Virus record (IMG/VR): IMGVR_UViG_3300042558_004043
Source of the DNA: a virus
Lineage: Duplodnaviria; Caudoviricetes
Direction: 5' to 3' (one strand)
Length of the DNA: 64,000 bases
A program made the position numbers and the translations under genes. Numbering within the stretch: the stretch's first letter is position 1; each line of letters starts with the position of its first letter. The notes below the pieces were generated by a model, which worked only from the letters and a program-made list of their open reading frames with translations, was not told where the DNA came from and did no database searches. Shown one piece after another: positions 35,128 to 45,089 of this stretch.

Positions 35128-35952
35128 TTATTGAGAGAGTTTATCCATTATCGCTTTTAATGTTTTTGGTCCTAAAATTCCATCAACTTTTTCCACCCCT
35201 ACCTTAGTTTGTAAATCTTTAATTCTTGTAACATTTGGATTTTCTTGGCCACCTTTTAAACCACCAGTTCCATCTGTTTCTGTTTTGGTCTGAACTTTAA
35301 AAATTTCATCATTACAAGTATAGTTCATCATGGTTCCATCAGCAAGACGCTTACGACCATTATTAAAATAAGTTTCACCATTAATTGTATAAACTATAGA
35401 ACCGGATGGATTTTTTACTTGTTTAGCGTTAGGATGATTAATAACACATTGGTAATTATTCCATTTTTCTAATTGGTCCCTATCCGCAACAACAAGTTGT
35501 TGTTCTTTATCTAATACCCCACATAAATCGTCAAAGGCTTTTTGAACCGCAGATTGAAAATTTTCCCCAAAGTATTGAATATTATCCTTATTAGTTCCAA
35601 ACCTTTTTGAATCACAGTAATAATAAACATCTCCGGTTAAGTTCTCTAAAACTATACCAGTCAAGTCATCAACCAATTGATACGGAATACCCTTTGATAT
35701 TAAAAATTTAGAGGAACCTTTAACAAATTTAGTACCTTTGTTTAACTTTAATTCACGGTTCATAGTACCATCCGCTCGTTCCATTTCTAGGTAGTTATTC
35801 AAAATTAAAGTTTTAGCATTTAAATCCACCTCAACCCAATTTCCAGTACCGTATGATACCTCATTAATCAAATAATGATTTTTAGTTGCTGACTCGTGAA
35901 GACCTATTATTCTATTTTTTTCTTCTTCTGTTATTACAAATAAATTTTTCAT
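35128..35952 (-). CDS. Protein with C-terminal peptidoglycan-binding motif and VITEEE leader
   Basis: C-terminal IKDLQTKVGVEKVDGILGPKTLKAI; leader MKNLFVITEEEKNRIIGLHE. ATG 35952 preferred (TATTTAT motif 15 nt upstream) over the track start 35988. Confidence 0.7.
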   Translation of the reverse strand: MKNLFVITEEEKNRIIGLHESATKNHYLINEVSYGTGNWVEVDLNAKTLILNNYLEMERADGTMNRELKLNKGTKFVKGSSKFLISKGIPYQLVDDLTGIVLENLTGDVYYYCDSKRFGTNKDNIQYFGENFQSAVQKAFDDLCGVLDKEQQLVVADRDQLEKWNNYQCVINHPNAKQVKNPSGSIVYTINGETYFNNGRKRLADGTMMNYTCNDEIFKVQTKTETDGTGGLKGGQENPNVTRIKDLQTKVGVEKVDGILGPKTLKAIMDKLSQ

Positions 35953-35974
35953 GAAAAATATTTTATTATAAATA

Positions 35975-37438
35975 TCATAAATCCTCAAAATATTTCAAGT
36001 TGACTATTTGAAATTTGATGGTTCTTTTATATGTGTTTATTTCCCCACTACTTTCAACTTTCATATCGACAAAATATTCATTTGGTATTTTATCACGAGT
36101 ATCAAATATGAAATAATATTCGTTTGGAGTTCTATTTAGTTTTGTCCAATCCTGTACTTGAACTTCGGTTTGACCTTCCCTAACATAAACTCGGTAATAA
36201 GCGTCAACGTTTGGTAATAGTTTTTGAGTGGTATAGGCTTGTTTTATTATAACACCTACTTTTCTAATGTCTGTATTATAAATCTTTTCATCTTGTTTTA
36301 ATCCATAGAAATCAAATCCATATAATTTTGGGTCTTGAGATTTTGGTCCAATTTGGATTGATTTTTTCATCGGGTATACCGAAAAAGTGTTGGTCACATC
36401 ACCAATATCAAATCCATTTAAAATTAGATTTGTCCATTTGTCAGTAAACATACATGGAGTTTTATAACCGGCTAAAGGAGGTAATGTGATTTCATAAACA
36501 CCCTTAGTTCTTCTACACGAAGTTAAACCTGTTAATCCAACAATACCTCTACCATAAGGGTCTAAAATTGATACAGTAGGATTGACATCCAAATTTATTG
36601 GATTTCCATTATCGAATAGATATAGATATAATTTATTAACTTTACCTAATACAAATTCATTTCTATCGTCTTGAATTAAATCATCATATGTTGTTTCCAA
36701 AAACGGTTCGTAAAAAGTTTGGGTGTGTCTTGTAAAGAATTGAGTTTCATATGCATCGGTTAAACCTTCTAAATTCTCAATTTCGGGTACGTATGCAATT
36801 CCCCATCCTGAAACACCACTTAATGAACCATTTAAAATTGAATTAATTTCATTGGTCATATCAAAACTAATGTTTTCATTACCAAATTGAAAATGTTGTG
36901 TGTCAATAATGGTCAATCCGCTGTAATTAACCGAACCCTGATTTTTGTTATTGTAAATTCCTGACTCAGACCATAAATCAATAGTGGTTCTTTGATACCA
37001 ATTGGTAGGTCTTATTGAGTAAGATTCATCAAATTCACTAAATTCGTAAACCAAATCCCCGTAATCATATCCAACACCCTCATCCCAAATTTGGTTTGTA
37101 GGTATTCTAAATAATATTAAATCAAATGACGTTGCTCTTTTTCTGTTTTGTGATGTGTTTTGGTTTAATAAGTCGTCACCACCAAAAAACCCTGTATTTG
37201 TCATTCTTAAAACATGTCTAACACTATCATTACAATCTAATGTAATGACCCCATCGGTAACTTTTTCCTTCAATAAAGACAGGTCTAAATCAAAAATAAA
37301 TCGGCTGAACCCTTGAGGATATTGACTAATGGTGGTTGACCCATAGAATAGTTCTGTAACAGGATTTCTTCCCGTGTTAACATAACTTCTATATATAATG
37401 GTATCGTTTTTACTGAAATAAGAATTATTAATTGACAT
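35975..37438 (-). CDS. Hypothetical (probably structural) protein, 487 aa
   Basis: Long beta-rich ORF in the baseplate-like region preceded by the TATTTAT motif. Confidence 0.7.
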   Translation of the reverse strand: MSINNSYFSKNDTIIYRSYVNTGRNPVTELFYGSTTISQYPQGFSRFIFDLDLSLLKEKVTDGVITLDCNDSVRHVLRMTNTGFFGGDDLLNQNTSQNRKRATSFDLILFRIPTNQIWDEGVGYDYGDLVYEFSEFDESYSIRPTNWYQRTTIDLWSESGIYNNKNQGSVNYSGLTIIDTQHFQFGNENISFDMTNEINSILNGSLSGVSGWGIAYVPEIENLEGLTDAYETQFFTRHTQTFYEPFLETTYDDLIQDDRNEFVLGKVNKLYLYLFDNGNPINLDVNPTVSILDPYGRGIVGLTGLTSCRRTKGVYEITLPPLAGYKTPCMFTDKWTNLILNGFDIGDVTNTFSVYPMKKSIQIGPKSQDPKLYGFDFYGLKQDEKIYNTDIRKVGVIIKQAYTTQKLLPNVDAYYRVYVREGQTEVQVQDWTKLNRTPNEYYFIFDTRDKIPNEYFVDMKVESSGEINTYKRTIKFQIVNLKYFEDL

Positions 37439-37460
37439 TAAAATGTTTTATCAATAAATA

Positions 37461-39074
37461 TCAATTGATTCTGATTTCTTGATTCAGAATAGTATTTTCA
37501 GCATCGGCAAGTAATTGGTCTATCTCTAAAGTTGTTTGTCCGTTACCTGATGAAACAGGTACTGGAGGACTTGGAGCCACAGGATGAACGTGACCTTTAA
37601 CAAATTCAAATATCTTCCTAAGTAGTTTAATTAATTCATCACCTCTAACTGTTGGGTATGTTTTTTCTTGTATTCCACCAGGTTTAGTAAATTCAATATC
37701 GGGTATACCATATATGGTATTTGTTAAATCAATTCTTCCTTTAGGTCCTGTAATATTATGAGATAATAAATATAGTTTTTGTCCTCCCAATACGGAATAA
37801 GTAACCGGACTAGAAAAAACATCAATTTTAGTATCTTGTCTTCTGTTAGTTTTAGTAGAAGGACCAATAGTTGGGACATTATTTGTATTATTTGATACGA
37901 CAAAACAACCCGTTTGAAAATTGTTTGATTTAACTTTAATCCCTTTTTGTAATTTGAAATAATTAACACTTTCTTGAACGTCACTTGGGTCAACATGTTC
38001 TGATAATGTTAGACCTTCTTGATATGTAATTTTAGATGGAGATACCGCAAACGGAAATCTATCGGCATCTTGGAAATTAGACCTACTATTTACAACACTA
38101 TCATTATATAACACAGTACCATCAAATACACTATCTATAAATGTATTAAATGTATATATTACCTCCTCGATTGTTTTATTTGAAAACCTAATACCCTCTA
38201 TTTCATTCCCATAATCGGTACCTGAAGTTAAAGTACTAATTGACCCCAATTTAAAATTATCAGTGGTTGCACTTGTAGTCTCTAACATTCTATGGAGTGT
38301 TATACTACCTGAAAAATTATTGGCCGAGTTTCCTAATACACCACTATCAATATTCCAAATTATAATTCTTTTTAATTTAGTTATAACTTTACTAACATCA
38401 AAACTGGTTTCAGTTTCCCCTTGGACTGCGGATGATAAAAAATTAGAAAGTTGTAGAAAGGCTCTGCTATTTTTAGATTTAGGATAATCTTGAGGTGTTA
38501 AGTCACTAGTGACAGTTTTACCTGCTCTTATTAAAACCTCCTCAGGTTTAACAATAACATCGGCACTACCCCTACCTAATAAAGCGTTATCTCCTGGCTC
38601 GGGAAATATTCCGGAACTTACATCATCATTATATACGTTAAAATTATCTTTTAAATTAATACCTAATTTATATCTATCGCCCGCCGATAAAATAGATTCA
38701 GATGAAGGTCTAGTCTCAAAATCAGAATTCATTGGGGACGAAAAAGGTCCTTGAATATAGAACTGATTACCAAATAAAAACTTTTTATTTTGATAAATGA
38801 TATGGACATATTCCCCTTCATCAGGAACTTGACTTATGTAGAACGGTAATAAAGGTAAAAGTATAAAAATGTCATTTTCTCCCCACCAAAACTCTGTTTT
38901 TAAATCTTTCTCATCATCACGTAAATAAGTTTTATCAACAGATTTTAACATCTCAGAAACATATTCACTGTAAATGGGTTTTGCTCTTACCCTACCTAAC
39001 ATTTTAGGGTCATACCTACTTATTACCTCACCAGGAAATATTATTTGATGTTCATTATTTTTATTTATGTTCAT
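37461..39074 (-). CDS. Baseplate hub/central spike-like protein (gp5/gpV-type OB fold, HxH tip motif)
   Basis: N-terminal GEVISRYDPKMLGRVRA...P.LP......P..GE.V.I OB-fold pattern; C-terminal GDELIKLL...GHVHPV typical of spike tips. Confidence 0.65.
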   Translation of the reverse strand: MNINKNNEHQIIFPGEVISRYDPKMLGRVRAKPIYSEYVSEMLKSVDKTYLRDDEKDLKTEFWWGENDIFILLPLLPFYISQVPDEGEYVHIIYQNKKFLFGNQFYIQGPFSSPMNSDFETRPSSESILSAGDRYKLGINLKDNFNVYNDDVSSGIFPEPGDNALLGRGSADVIVKPEEVLIRAGKTVTSDLTPQDYPKSKNSRAFLQLSNFLSSAVQGETETSFDVSKVITKLKRIIIWNIDSGVLGNSANNFSGSITLHRMLETTSATTDNFKLGSISTLTSGTDYGNEIEGIRFSNKTIEEVIYTFNTFIDSVFDGTVLYNDSVVNSRSNFQDADRFPFAVSPSKITYQEGLTLSEHVDPSDVQESVNYFKLQKGIKVKSNNFQTGCFVVSNNTNNVPTIGPSTKTNRRQDTKIDVFSSPVTYSVLGGQKLYLLSHNITGPKGRIDLTNTIYGIPDIEFTKPGGIQEKTYPTVRGDELIKLLRKIFEFVKGHVHPVAPSPPVPVSSGNGQTTLEIDQLLADAENTILNQEIRIN

Positions 39075-39286
39075 TTTGTTTTGGTTCTATCTTGATGTTC
39101 TGATAAAAGTTTGTTGTATAAAACTTCTAATTTATCTAAATGATTAGTTAATTCTATAATTCTTTCTTTAGTAAAATTAAAATCTTTTTGAATAAAATCC
39201 ATCGCAAATGTTAAATCCTTATTTGATGACGATTTATATTCTTTTATAATCCTACTTGTTTTTTCCGAATCTTTCATATCAATCAT
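39071..39286 (-). CDS. Hypothetical coiled-coil protein (71 aa)
   Basis: Co-oriented, 4-nt overlap with the downstream gene. Confidence 0.65.
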   Translation of the reverse strand: MIDMKDSEKTSRIIKEYKSSSNKDLTFAMDFIQKDFNFTKERIIELTNHLDKLEVLYNKLLSEHQDRTKTK

Positions 39287-39288
39287 AG

Positions 39289-41202
39289 TTATATTTTTTT
39301 ACCAAAGGCGGATGAAGGTACAGTTAATCCGGCGGGTGTTATCGCCAAAGGGCCTATGGCTATTTGAACTTTTCCATTTTCAGCTTCCTCGACTGACATG
39401 GCTTTCATTTGACCCAACATACTTAATACGGTTAGATTAGGACTACCATCTGGCATAGGACCGGTAGGGATACCCATTTTTTGTAATTCTTCTATAGTTC
39501 CAATAAACGCTCTTGTAGAAGAATAACCATCCAAAAGTCTACTAGCGAGAGCTAACGGTAAAGGAATTTCTCCTCCCCATCCGGTTGTTGCAATTTGTAA
39601 TAAACTAAGTAATTCATCAACAACACTTTTACATTCCCTCCAATCCCTAATAAATTGAGCTACCGTTATTAATAGTTGAATCAATTTTAAAATCATTATA
39701 ATTCTTTTGTCGACCTTTTCTCTAGCCAAATCCAATACGATTTGTTGAATTAAATTTTTGATATCTTTTTTAATTATATTAAATAATTCTTTTACAAAAA
39801 TTGCCCCCACCTTAGAGATAAAATCTATCGCTCTACTTTTAAATTCTCTTAAAAAGTCCATCAGACTATTAATTCTATCATCAATATTATTACCGATTGA
39901 TTTTAACATTACCATTATTGGAAGTAGTATTTTTGGTACCATCATTCCTGAAACTAATCCTTGAGAGATTAGTTTAATAAAGTTGAGATTAACCGATGCT
40001 TGTATGTTTCCTCGTAAACCAATTTTTGACCACTCGGGATTATTAATTAAAGAATCTGTCACATTGTTTGCGGCATCAACTAAATTATCGTCAGGTATGA
40101 AATTCATTTGGTCCAATGAATCTATAATAGACGAGGCATCCACAGGTAGTTTTACATCGGTACAGTCCAAATATTCAACAACTCCTTTTTTAACATTCTC
40201 AACTTCTTGTTCGATTGTTCTTAAATCCAAATCAGTGAATTCAAAAAAAGATTCATCAATATTATCTAATTCACCTATTTTAGCAATTCCACTAACATCA
40301 ATTTGTTGTTTATTATCAAAACACAATCCCAAAATTCTTTGTAATATCCTCTCAAACTTTTTTTGGTCAGTAACCTCAACAATACCTATGTTTGCTTTAA
40401 TACTTATAGCGCCACTTAATGAGTTCATTATTTGAGCCATCGTTACATTAAAATCAAAGATTTTAATTGATTGAAAATAATCAACCATGAATTCTTTAAC
40501 TTTATTTATTGATGAATTCCTATCCTGTAAAGTAACTTTGAAATAGGGTCCCGTCTCTCCAATTGCGTTAGTTTCAACATACTGAATATCAAACAAATCT
40601 TGACCTGATGCTCCCTTATAATATGCTCCATAATCACCAAAATACGAAGACGAACTCTGAATCCTATTCCAAAGTTCACGGTTCATAGAAAATGGATATA
40701 ACTGTGGAGCATTTGCCGGTTCTTTCTCATATAAAATTTTTCCAGGTTTTTCTAATGGGGTGTAGTTAAGTAAAATTTTACCAATATCTATTGAATTAAC
40801 CTTTATATAAATGTCTTGTGCAACATACTCTTGGTCTTGGTTACACCCAACCATGTTAAAACTTTCCTCTAAAAGTAACTCTTTAATTTGTGGTTCACAA
40901 TTTTTTAATGCTCTAATTAATTGTTTTTTTAAATAATTGACTGTGTTTGAACCATATGGAGACGATAAATTATTTATGTCTAAAAGTTGGGAAAATTGGG
41001 TTTTGACTTCTCTTTGATATCTGTTAACTTGGTTTTTAACATCATTTAAAGAAGTCGTAACATCTGACTTATTCTGTTCAAAACTATCACCCGCCTTTTT
41101 TGTTATGTTATCGTAATCAGTTTTTAATGAATTATACGATTTATTGGCCTTGATTTTATCTTGAACCTTTTTATAGTCAACATTTACATCAACTGATGCC
41201 AT
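39289..41202 (-). CDS. Hypothetical protein (637 aa, largely helical; probable structural)
   Basis: Long ORF in the operon upstream of the spike-like gene; no motif recognised. Confidence 0.7.
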   Translation of the reverse strand: MASVDVNVDYKKVQDKIKANKSYNSLKTDYDNITKKAGDSFEQNKSDVTTSLNDVKNQVNRYQREVKTQFSQLLDINNLSSPYGSNTVNYLKKQLIRALKNCEPQIKELLLEESFNMVGCNQDQEYVAQDIYIKVNSIDIGKILLNYTPLEKPGKILYEKEPANAPQLYPFSMNRELWNRIQSSSSYFGDYGAYYKGASGQDLFDIQYVETNAIGETGPYFKVTLQDRNSSINKVKEFMVDYFQSIKIFDFNVTMAQIMNSLSGAISIKANIGIVEVTDQKKFERILQRILGLCFDNKQQIDVSGIAKIGELDNIDESFFEFTDLDLRTIEQEVENVKKGVVEYLDCTDVKLPVDASSIIDSLDQMNFIPDDNLVDAANNVTDSLINNPEWSKIGLRGNIQASVNLNFIKLISQGLVSGMMVPKILLPIMVMLKSIGNNIDDRINSLMDFLREFKSRAIDFISKVGAIFVKELFNIIKKDIKNLIQQIVLDLAREKVDKRIIMILKLIQLLITVAQFIRDWRECKSVVDELLSLLQIATTGWGGEIPLPLALASRLLDGYSSTRAFIGTIEELQKMGIPTGPMPDGSPNLTVLSMLGQMKAMSVEEAENGKVQIAIGPLAITPAGLTVPSSAFGKKI

Positions 41203-41207
41203 AATAA

Positions 41208-41582
41208 TTATTTTTTCATTTTATATGGTTCATCCATTTTAGATAAATCCTTCTCCATTAAACTTTGAATTACCTCATCGTCAACATCTATATCTGATAA
41301 GGTAAAAGATTCTTTAGAAGCGCTAGTTTTTTCCCAGATACTTGACTGTAATTTTGATAAACTTAGTTTTTTCTCAACACAATCATTTATGATTTTTTGT
41401 TGTTCTTTAATGATAGGACCAAGAACTGTCATGTCCTCGGTCTCCTTCATTAACGAAAGCATTTTGTTTTGAATTCTAATAGCGGTATTTCTTTGTTCTA
41501 CTAATTCATTGTAGATTTCTTGCATAAGAGCAAGTATAGATTCTTGAGTTAAATTAATTTCTTTTTTTTGTGGTCTGGCCAT
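41208..41582 (-). CDS. Hypothetical coiled-coil protein (124 aa)
   Basis: ORF tightly packed in the minus-strand operon. Confidence 0.7.
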   Translation of the reverse strand: MARPQKKEINLTQESILALMQEIYNELVEQRNTAIRIQNKMLSLMKETEDMTVLGPIIKEQQKIINDCVEKKLSLSKLQSSIWEKTSASKESFTLSDIDVDDEVIQSLMEKDLSKMDEPYKMKK

Positions 41583-41607
41583 GATAATAAATATCTAAAC
41601 GTATTTT

Positions 41608-42357
41608 TTATTTTAACATACCTTGAACCAACCCATAATAGATAACTTTATATTTTTTCATAGAGCTTCTAATTTCTTTGGTACTCAAATTAGTCATTTC
41701 CCTAAGTGATAATAAAATAATATTTTTATTAAACTTATTATTTGAAGTCCCTATGAATATATCATCATAATTTTGAAAAATTTCATATAAAGCGTGACCT
41801 AATTTTAACTCATTTTCATTTAATGTTTCATCCTCAATTAATAACTCTATTTGAGTTATAAAATTTTTGATAATCGTTTCTGAATCCAATGAATCATTAT
41901 CAATACTGTATGAAAAACTCGGGTTATTTTCCAAATCAGTTGAGATGTCTTCATAAGATATCTTTCTGTTCATATCTTTTTGGTCTTTTATAATTTGACC
42001 CATAAGATAATTTTTACAGATTGTACCAAAATATGAATAAGCCTTTTTTTCTTTAGCCGGCTTAAACTTATCTATTTTGGTCATTAAAAACGAGTGTGTA
42101 TCAATATGAATTTCTGTAAAATTCATATCTTTTCGGTAAAGTTTATATCTCCTTATTATCGAAGATATCATCTTATCTAAAGGTTTTCTTAGGTATTCGT
42201 TATAAATTTGGTTTTTCTCCTCAAATGTATCGGCGGATAAAAATCTTATAACCGCCATTTCTTCTCTTACATCAAAGTAGTTCGCTTGTTTTGGTTTCCT
42301 TCCTTTCTTCTTCAACTCGATATTTGCAGTTCCATCGTTGTTGAATTCTTCGGTCAT
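41608..42357 (-). CDS. Putative late-transcription sigma factor (T4 gp55-like)
   Basis: HSFLMTKIDKFKPAKEKKAYSYFGTICKNYL aligns by eye to the sigma region 2 segment of gp55 (..NFDP.K..NPFAYFTQI...AFL). Confidence 0.55.
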   Translation of the reverse strand: MTEEFNNDGTANIELKKKGRKPKQANYFDVREEMAVIRFLSADTFEEKNQIYNEYLRKPLDKMISSIIRRYKLYRKDMNFTEIHIDTHSFLMTKIDKFKPAKEKKAYSYFGTICKNYLMGQIIKDQKDMNRKISYEDISTDLENNPSFSYSIDNDSLDSETIIKNFITQIELLIEDETLNENELKLGHALYEIFQNYDDIFIGTSNNKFNKNIILLSLREMTNLSTKEIRSSMKKYKVIYYGLVQGMLK

Positions 42358-43160
42358 CAAGAATTGGTTGACTCATATTTTATGGCTCTGTCATTGATAA
42401 AGAAATATTCCTTTTTTGCCGATTCTATCCAAAATTTAACTTCGTCCTCAACTAAACTTGTCTCACCATTCTTGTAGTTCCAAAAAATAGAACCTGTTCT
42501 AAAATTTGTATGTTTATAACCAATCTTTGGTATGGTCATAATTTTAACTGAATTATACGTCATTCTTAAAAAGAATTCATATCCAAATGTCAGCTTAAAT
42601 GATGGTTTCATCAAACCGTAATCTACGAAGACACTTTTCTTAATTACCATACCTGAAGTTTGGAAATTTTGGAATTGATGTAATGTATCGTTACTTAAAT
42701 AACCAATTTCTGAAGTCATATTAAGTGCGAAAGTTGCTTCATTGGTAAAACCAACAAATAAACCTTTTTCATCGGTGTCAATCACAACCGGTAAAAAAGC
42801 ATCAACGTCTTTATAAATTTCCGAGTATTTTTTTACATTTTTAAACCAAATAGATGAATACTCATCGTCAAACTCAAATAGTGAAATCCATTGGGACGAA
42901 CTAGACCGTACCCCAAGATTTATTTGTTTTGCATAATTAGGTTCATCGTTCCATTTAACTTTGAGTACATTTAAGTCTCCAAAATCAAACGAATTTAAAA
43001 ATTCAACCAAAGACGTTTCATCCGAATGAACTATAACTAATTCATTTATTTGAACTTTTTGATTTTTTATAGATTCCACACATTTTTTAAAATAATCATC
43101 AAACCATGGAGCTGAAGATGATTTTATTGGTAATATTACTGATACGTCAAATTTTTCCAT
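42357..43160 (-). CDS. Glycosyltransferase family 2 (GT-A)
   Basis: VSVILP...KCVESIKNQ...ELVIV N-terminus and EFDD DxD-like motif. Confidence 0.85.
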   Translation of the reverse strand: MEKFDVSVILPIKSSSAPWFDDYFKKCVESIKNQKVQINELVIVHSDETSLVEFLNSFDFGDLNVLKVKWNDEPNYAKQINLGVRSSSSQWISLFEFDDEYSSIWFKNVKKYSEIYKDVDAFLPVVIDTDEKGLFVGFTNEATFALNMTSEIGYLSNDTLHQFQNFQTSGMVIKKSVFVDYGLMKPSFKLTFGYEFFLRMTYNSVKIMTIPKIGYKHTNFRTGSIFWNYKNGETSLVEDEVKFWIESAKKEYFFINDRAIKYESTNS

Positions 43161-43169
43161 AATTTTAAA

Positions 43170-44231
43170 TTATTCAACAGTTATAAGTTTATTTAATTGT
43201 TCTTCAAATGAAATAAGTCTGGTATTGATAAACCCTTCAAATAAAGAAACTGACCTTTCTTCAAAATATTTTTTTGTTGGTAGATTTTCAACCGTTTTTA
43301 ACATTTCTGTGTAAAGTTCTTCTTTCACGTTATCCTCTAACCAATTTTGTAAAAAGTCGGCTATAAAATCAACCATTTGAATTTTGTTATTTACCCATAA
43401 ACCATTATCAGAGTTCATCCATTGTGGTACTAAGTTAGGAGTTAGTCCTAACACAGGGACTCCACATTTCATTGATTCTAACGGGAAAGTACCGTAAGCA
43501 CTAGTTTCGTCAATCCAAACCGATAAAAAACAATCTTGGAATGTGTTGGCAAATTCTTTTTCAGGTAATCCTCTCATGTCTTTAAATGTTATCCATCTAT
43601 ACTGCGGAAACTTAACATAAAAGTTTTTAATTAAATTGATACTATCTCTATGTTCTCTAGAATGAATGGCTATAATTGGCTTAGGTGGGTATTTTTGAGA
43701 CACAAAATTTTCTGAAATATATGGAGGTAAAATATCATAAGAGACATTTCTCATAATATTTTCCAAATATTCTTTTTGGGTTTCCGATGTTGTAACACAC
43801 TTATAAAAACCTAATTGGTTCCAATTTTCGCCTGGCTGTAATGTTTCCAATACATGGTCATAAGCCTGAGATAAAACTATTTTACCACATGGTAATTTTG
43901 TAACCTGACTCATAATAAAACCAAATATTTCAGGTACAACAATAAAGTCCTCTGGAGACACTTCTAAGTTTTGACCTTCAATTGACCTGTGTGGTAATTT
44001 TTCATCGTATTCAGACCCCAACCACCCTGAAACTCCCGTATAATCATTTTTTTCGTGTAATATAATTGGGTTATACCCCGAATTTAAAAGTGACATTGCA
44101 AGTCTATAAATGTACGCAACAGAAGCCTTAGCATTTCCTTTTGTGTCTTGAACAATAAAGTATATTCTTGATTTTTTGTTCTTTATGTTCTCGATTGAGT
44201 TTTCTAATTTTGAAATTTGTTCTTGTGTCAT
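43170..44231 (-). CDS. Glycosyltransferase, GT-B (GT4-like)
   Basis: C-terminal SAYGTFPLESMKCGVPVL corresponds to the E.FG...LEAM.CG.PV motif. Confidence 0.75.
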   Translation of the reverse strand: MTQEQISKLENSIENIKNKKSRIYFIVQDTKGNAKASVAYIYRLAMSLLNSGYNPIILHEKNDYTGVSGWLGSEYDEKLPHRSIEGQNLEVSPEDFIVVPEIFGFIMSQVTKLPCGKIVLSQAYDHVLETLQPGENWNQLGFYKCVTTSETQKEYLENIMRNVSYDILPPYISENFVSQKYPPKPIIAIHSREHRDSINLIKNFYVKFPQYRWITFKDMRGLPEKEFANTFQDCFLSVWIDETSAYGTFPLESMKCGVPVLGLTPNLVPQWMNSDNGLWVNNKIQMVDFIADFLQNWLEDNVKEELYTEMLKTVENLPTKKYFEERSVSLFEGFINTRLISFEEQLNKLITVE

Positions 44232-44232
44232 A

Positions 44233-44493
44233 TTAATATTTGTTTAATAATCCTTTATTTAGTAATGTATTAAATGATAATTTAAATGGAATTGATAGGT
44301 CTGAACTTTTTGGTCCTAATGTTTCATCAACTTCATCTTTTTCAGTTAATAATATCTCAGTCAATAACTTGACCATTTCGTACTTAACTACACTTATATG
44401 ATTTTCTGAAGTACCAGTGTCATTTGGTATACTTATGTAGTTATCGATTTCATCTAAATCTAGATAATAATTTTCATTTAATACTTTTAGCAT
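44233..44493 (-). CDS. Hypothetical protein (86 aa)
   Basis: Packed ORF within the operon. Confidence 0.7.
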   Translation of the reverse strand: MLKVLNENYYLDLDEIDNYISIPNDTGTSENHISVVKYEMVKLLTEILLTEKDEVDETLGPKSSDLSIPFKLSFNTLLNKGLLNKY

Positions 44494-45089
44494 TGTACTA
44501 TTTGTTTTAATTTTTCTTCGAACTCTTTTACAGACCTGATAGTATATAAAGAATCGACGTTTTTATTATATTCTGTTTCGAATTTTATAACTATTTTGTC
44601 TTTAGGACACTCTAATAATAGAGATGGGTTGGATGTAAGTAAAACATCCACCTCATTCCACATCGAGTTCATAGTAATATTACTGTAAAATTTAATTTTC
44701 TCAACTAAACATCCAAATTTAGATAGAAAAAATAGTGTTGCGGGTTTTGATTTACCTATCTCATCCGACACAATTAATAACTCATGACTATCTCTTAAAT
44801 TAAGATAGATTTCATTTAAATCATTAAATGTCGTGTATTCGGATGACTGAGAGTGACCAAAAATTTCCATAGGGAATTCTTCATATAAAAAAGAATACAT
44901 TTCATCATCATCTCTAAAATTAAAATGTTTTTTAATCTCCAAATTCTCTATTGGGTAAGTTATTTCGTATTTGAAATCATCTTCATACTCAATCCCATCC
45001 GTCTTATCAATCATGAATTTTTGATAAGTTTGTTCGATTTTACCCAAAGTATTTCTCAAAACCCCGTTTACCTCAATACCAATTCTCAT
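44487..45089 (-). CDS. 5'(3')-deoxyribonucleotidase-like HAD protein with degenerate motif I
   Basis: MRIGIEVNGVLRN in place of IGIDxDGVL.D; SKPATLFFLSKFG and YNKN motifs resemble phage NT5C-like proteins. Confidence 0.6.
   Translation of the reverse strand: MRIGIEVNGVLRNTLGKIEQTYQKFMIDKTDGIEYEDDFKYEITYPIENLEIKKHFNFRDDDEMYSFLYEEFPMEIFGHSQSSEYTTFNDLNEIYLNLRDSHELLIVSDEIGKSKPATLFFLSKFGCLVEKIKFYSNITMNSMWNEVDVLLTSNPSLLLECPKDKIVIKFETEYNKNVDSLYTIRSVKEFEEKLKQIVQC

Noticed and set aside
38263-40435. Plus-strand ORFs antisense to the baseplate region (38263, 38509, 39758, 39983)
   Set aside because: Shadow frames of the minus-strand genes with no independent signals.
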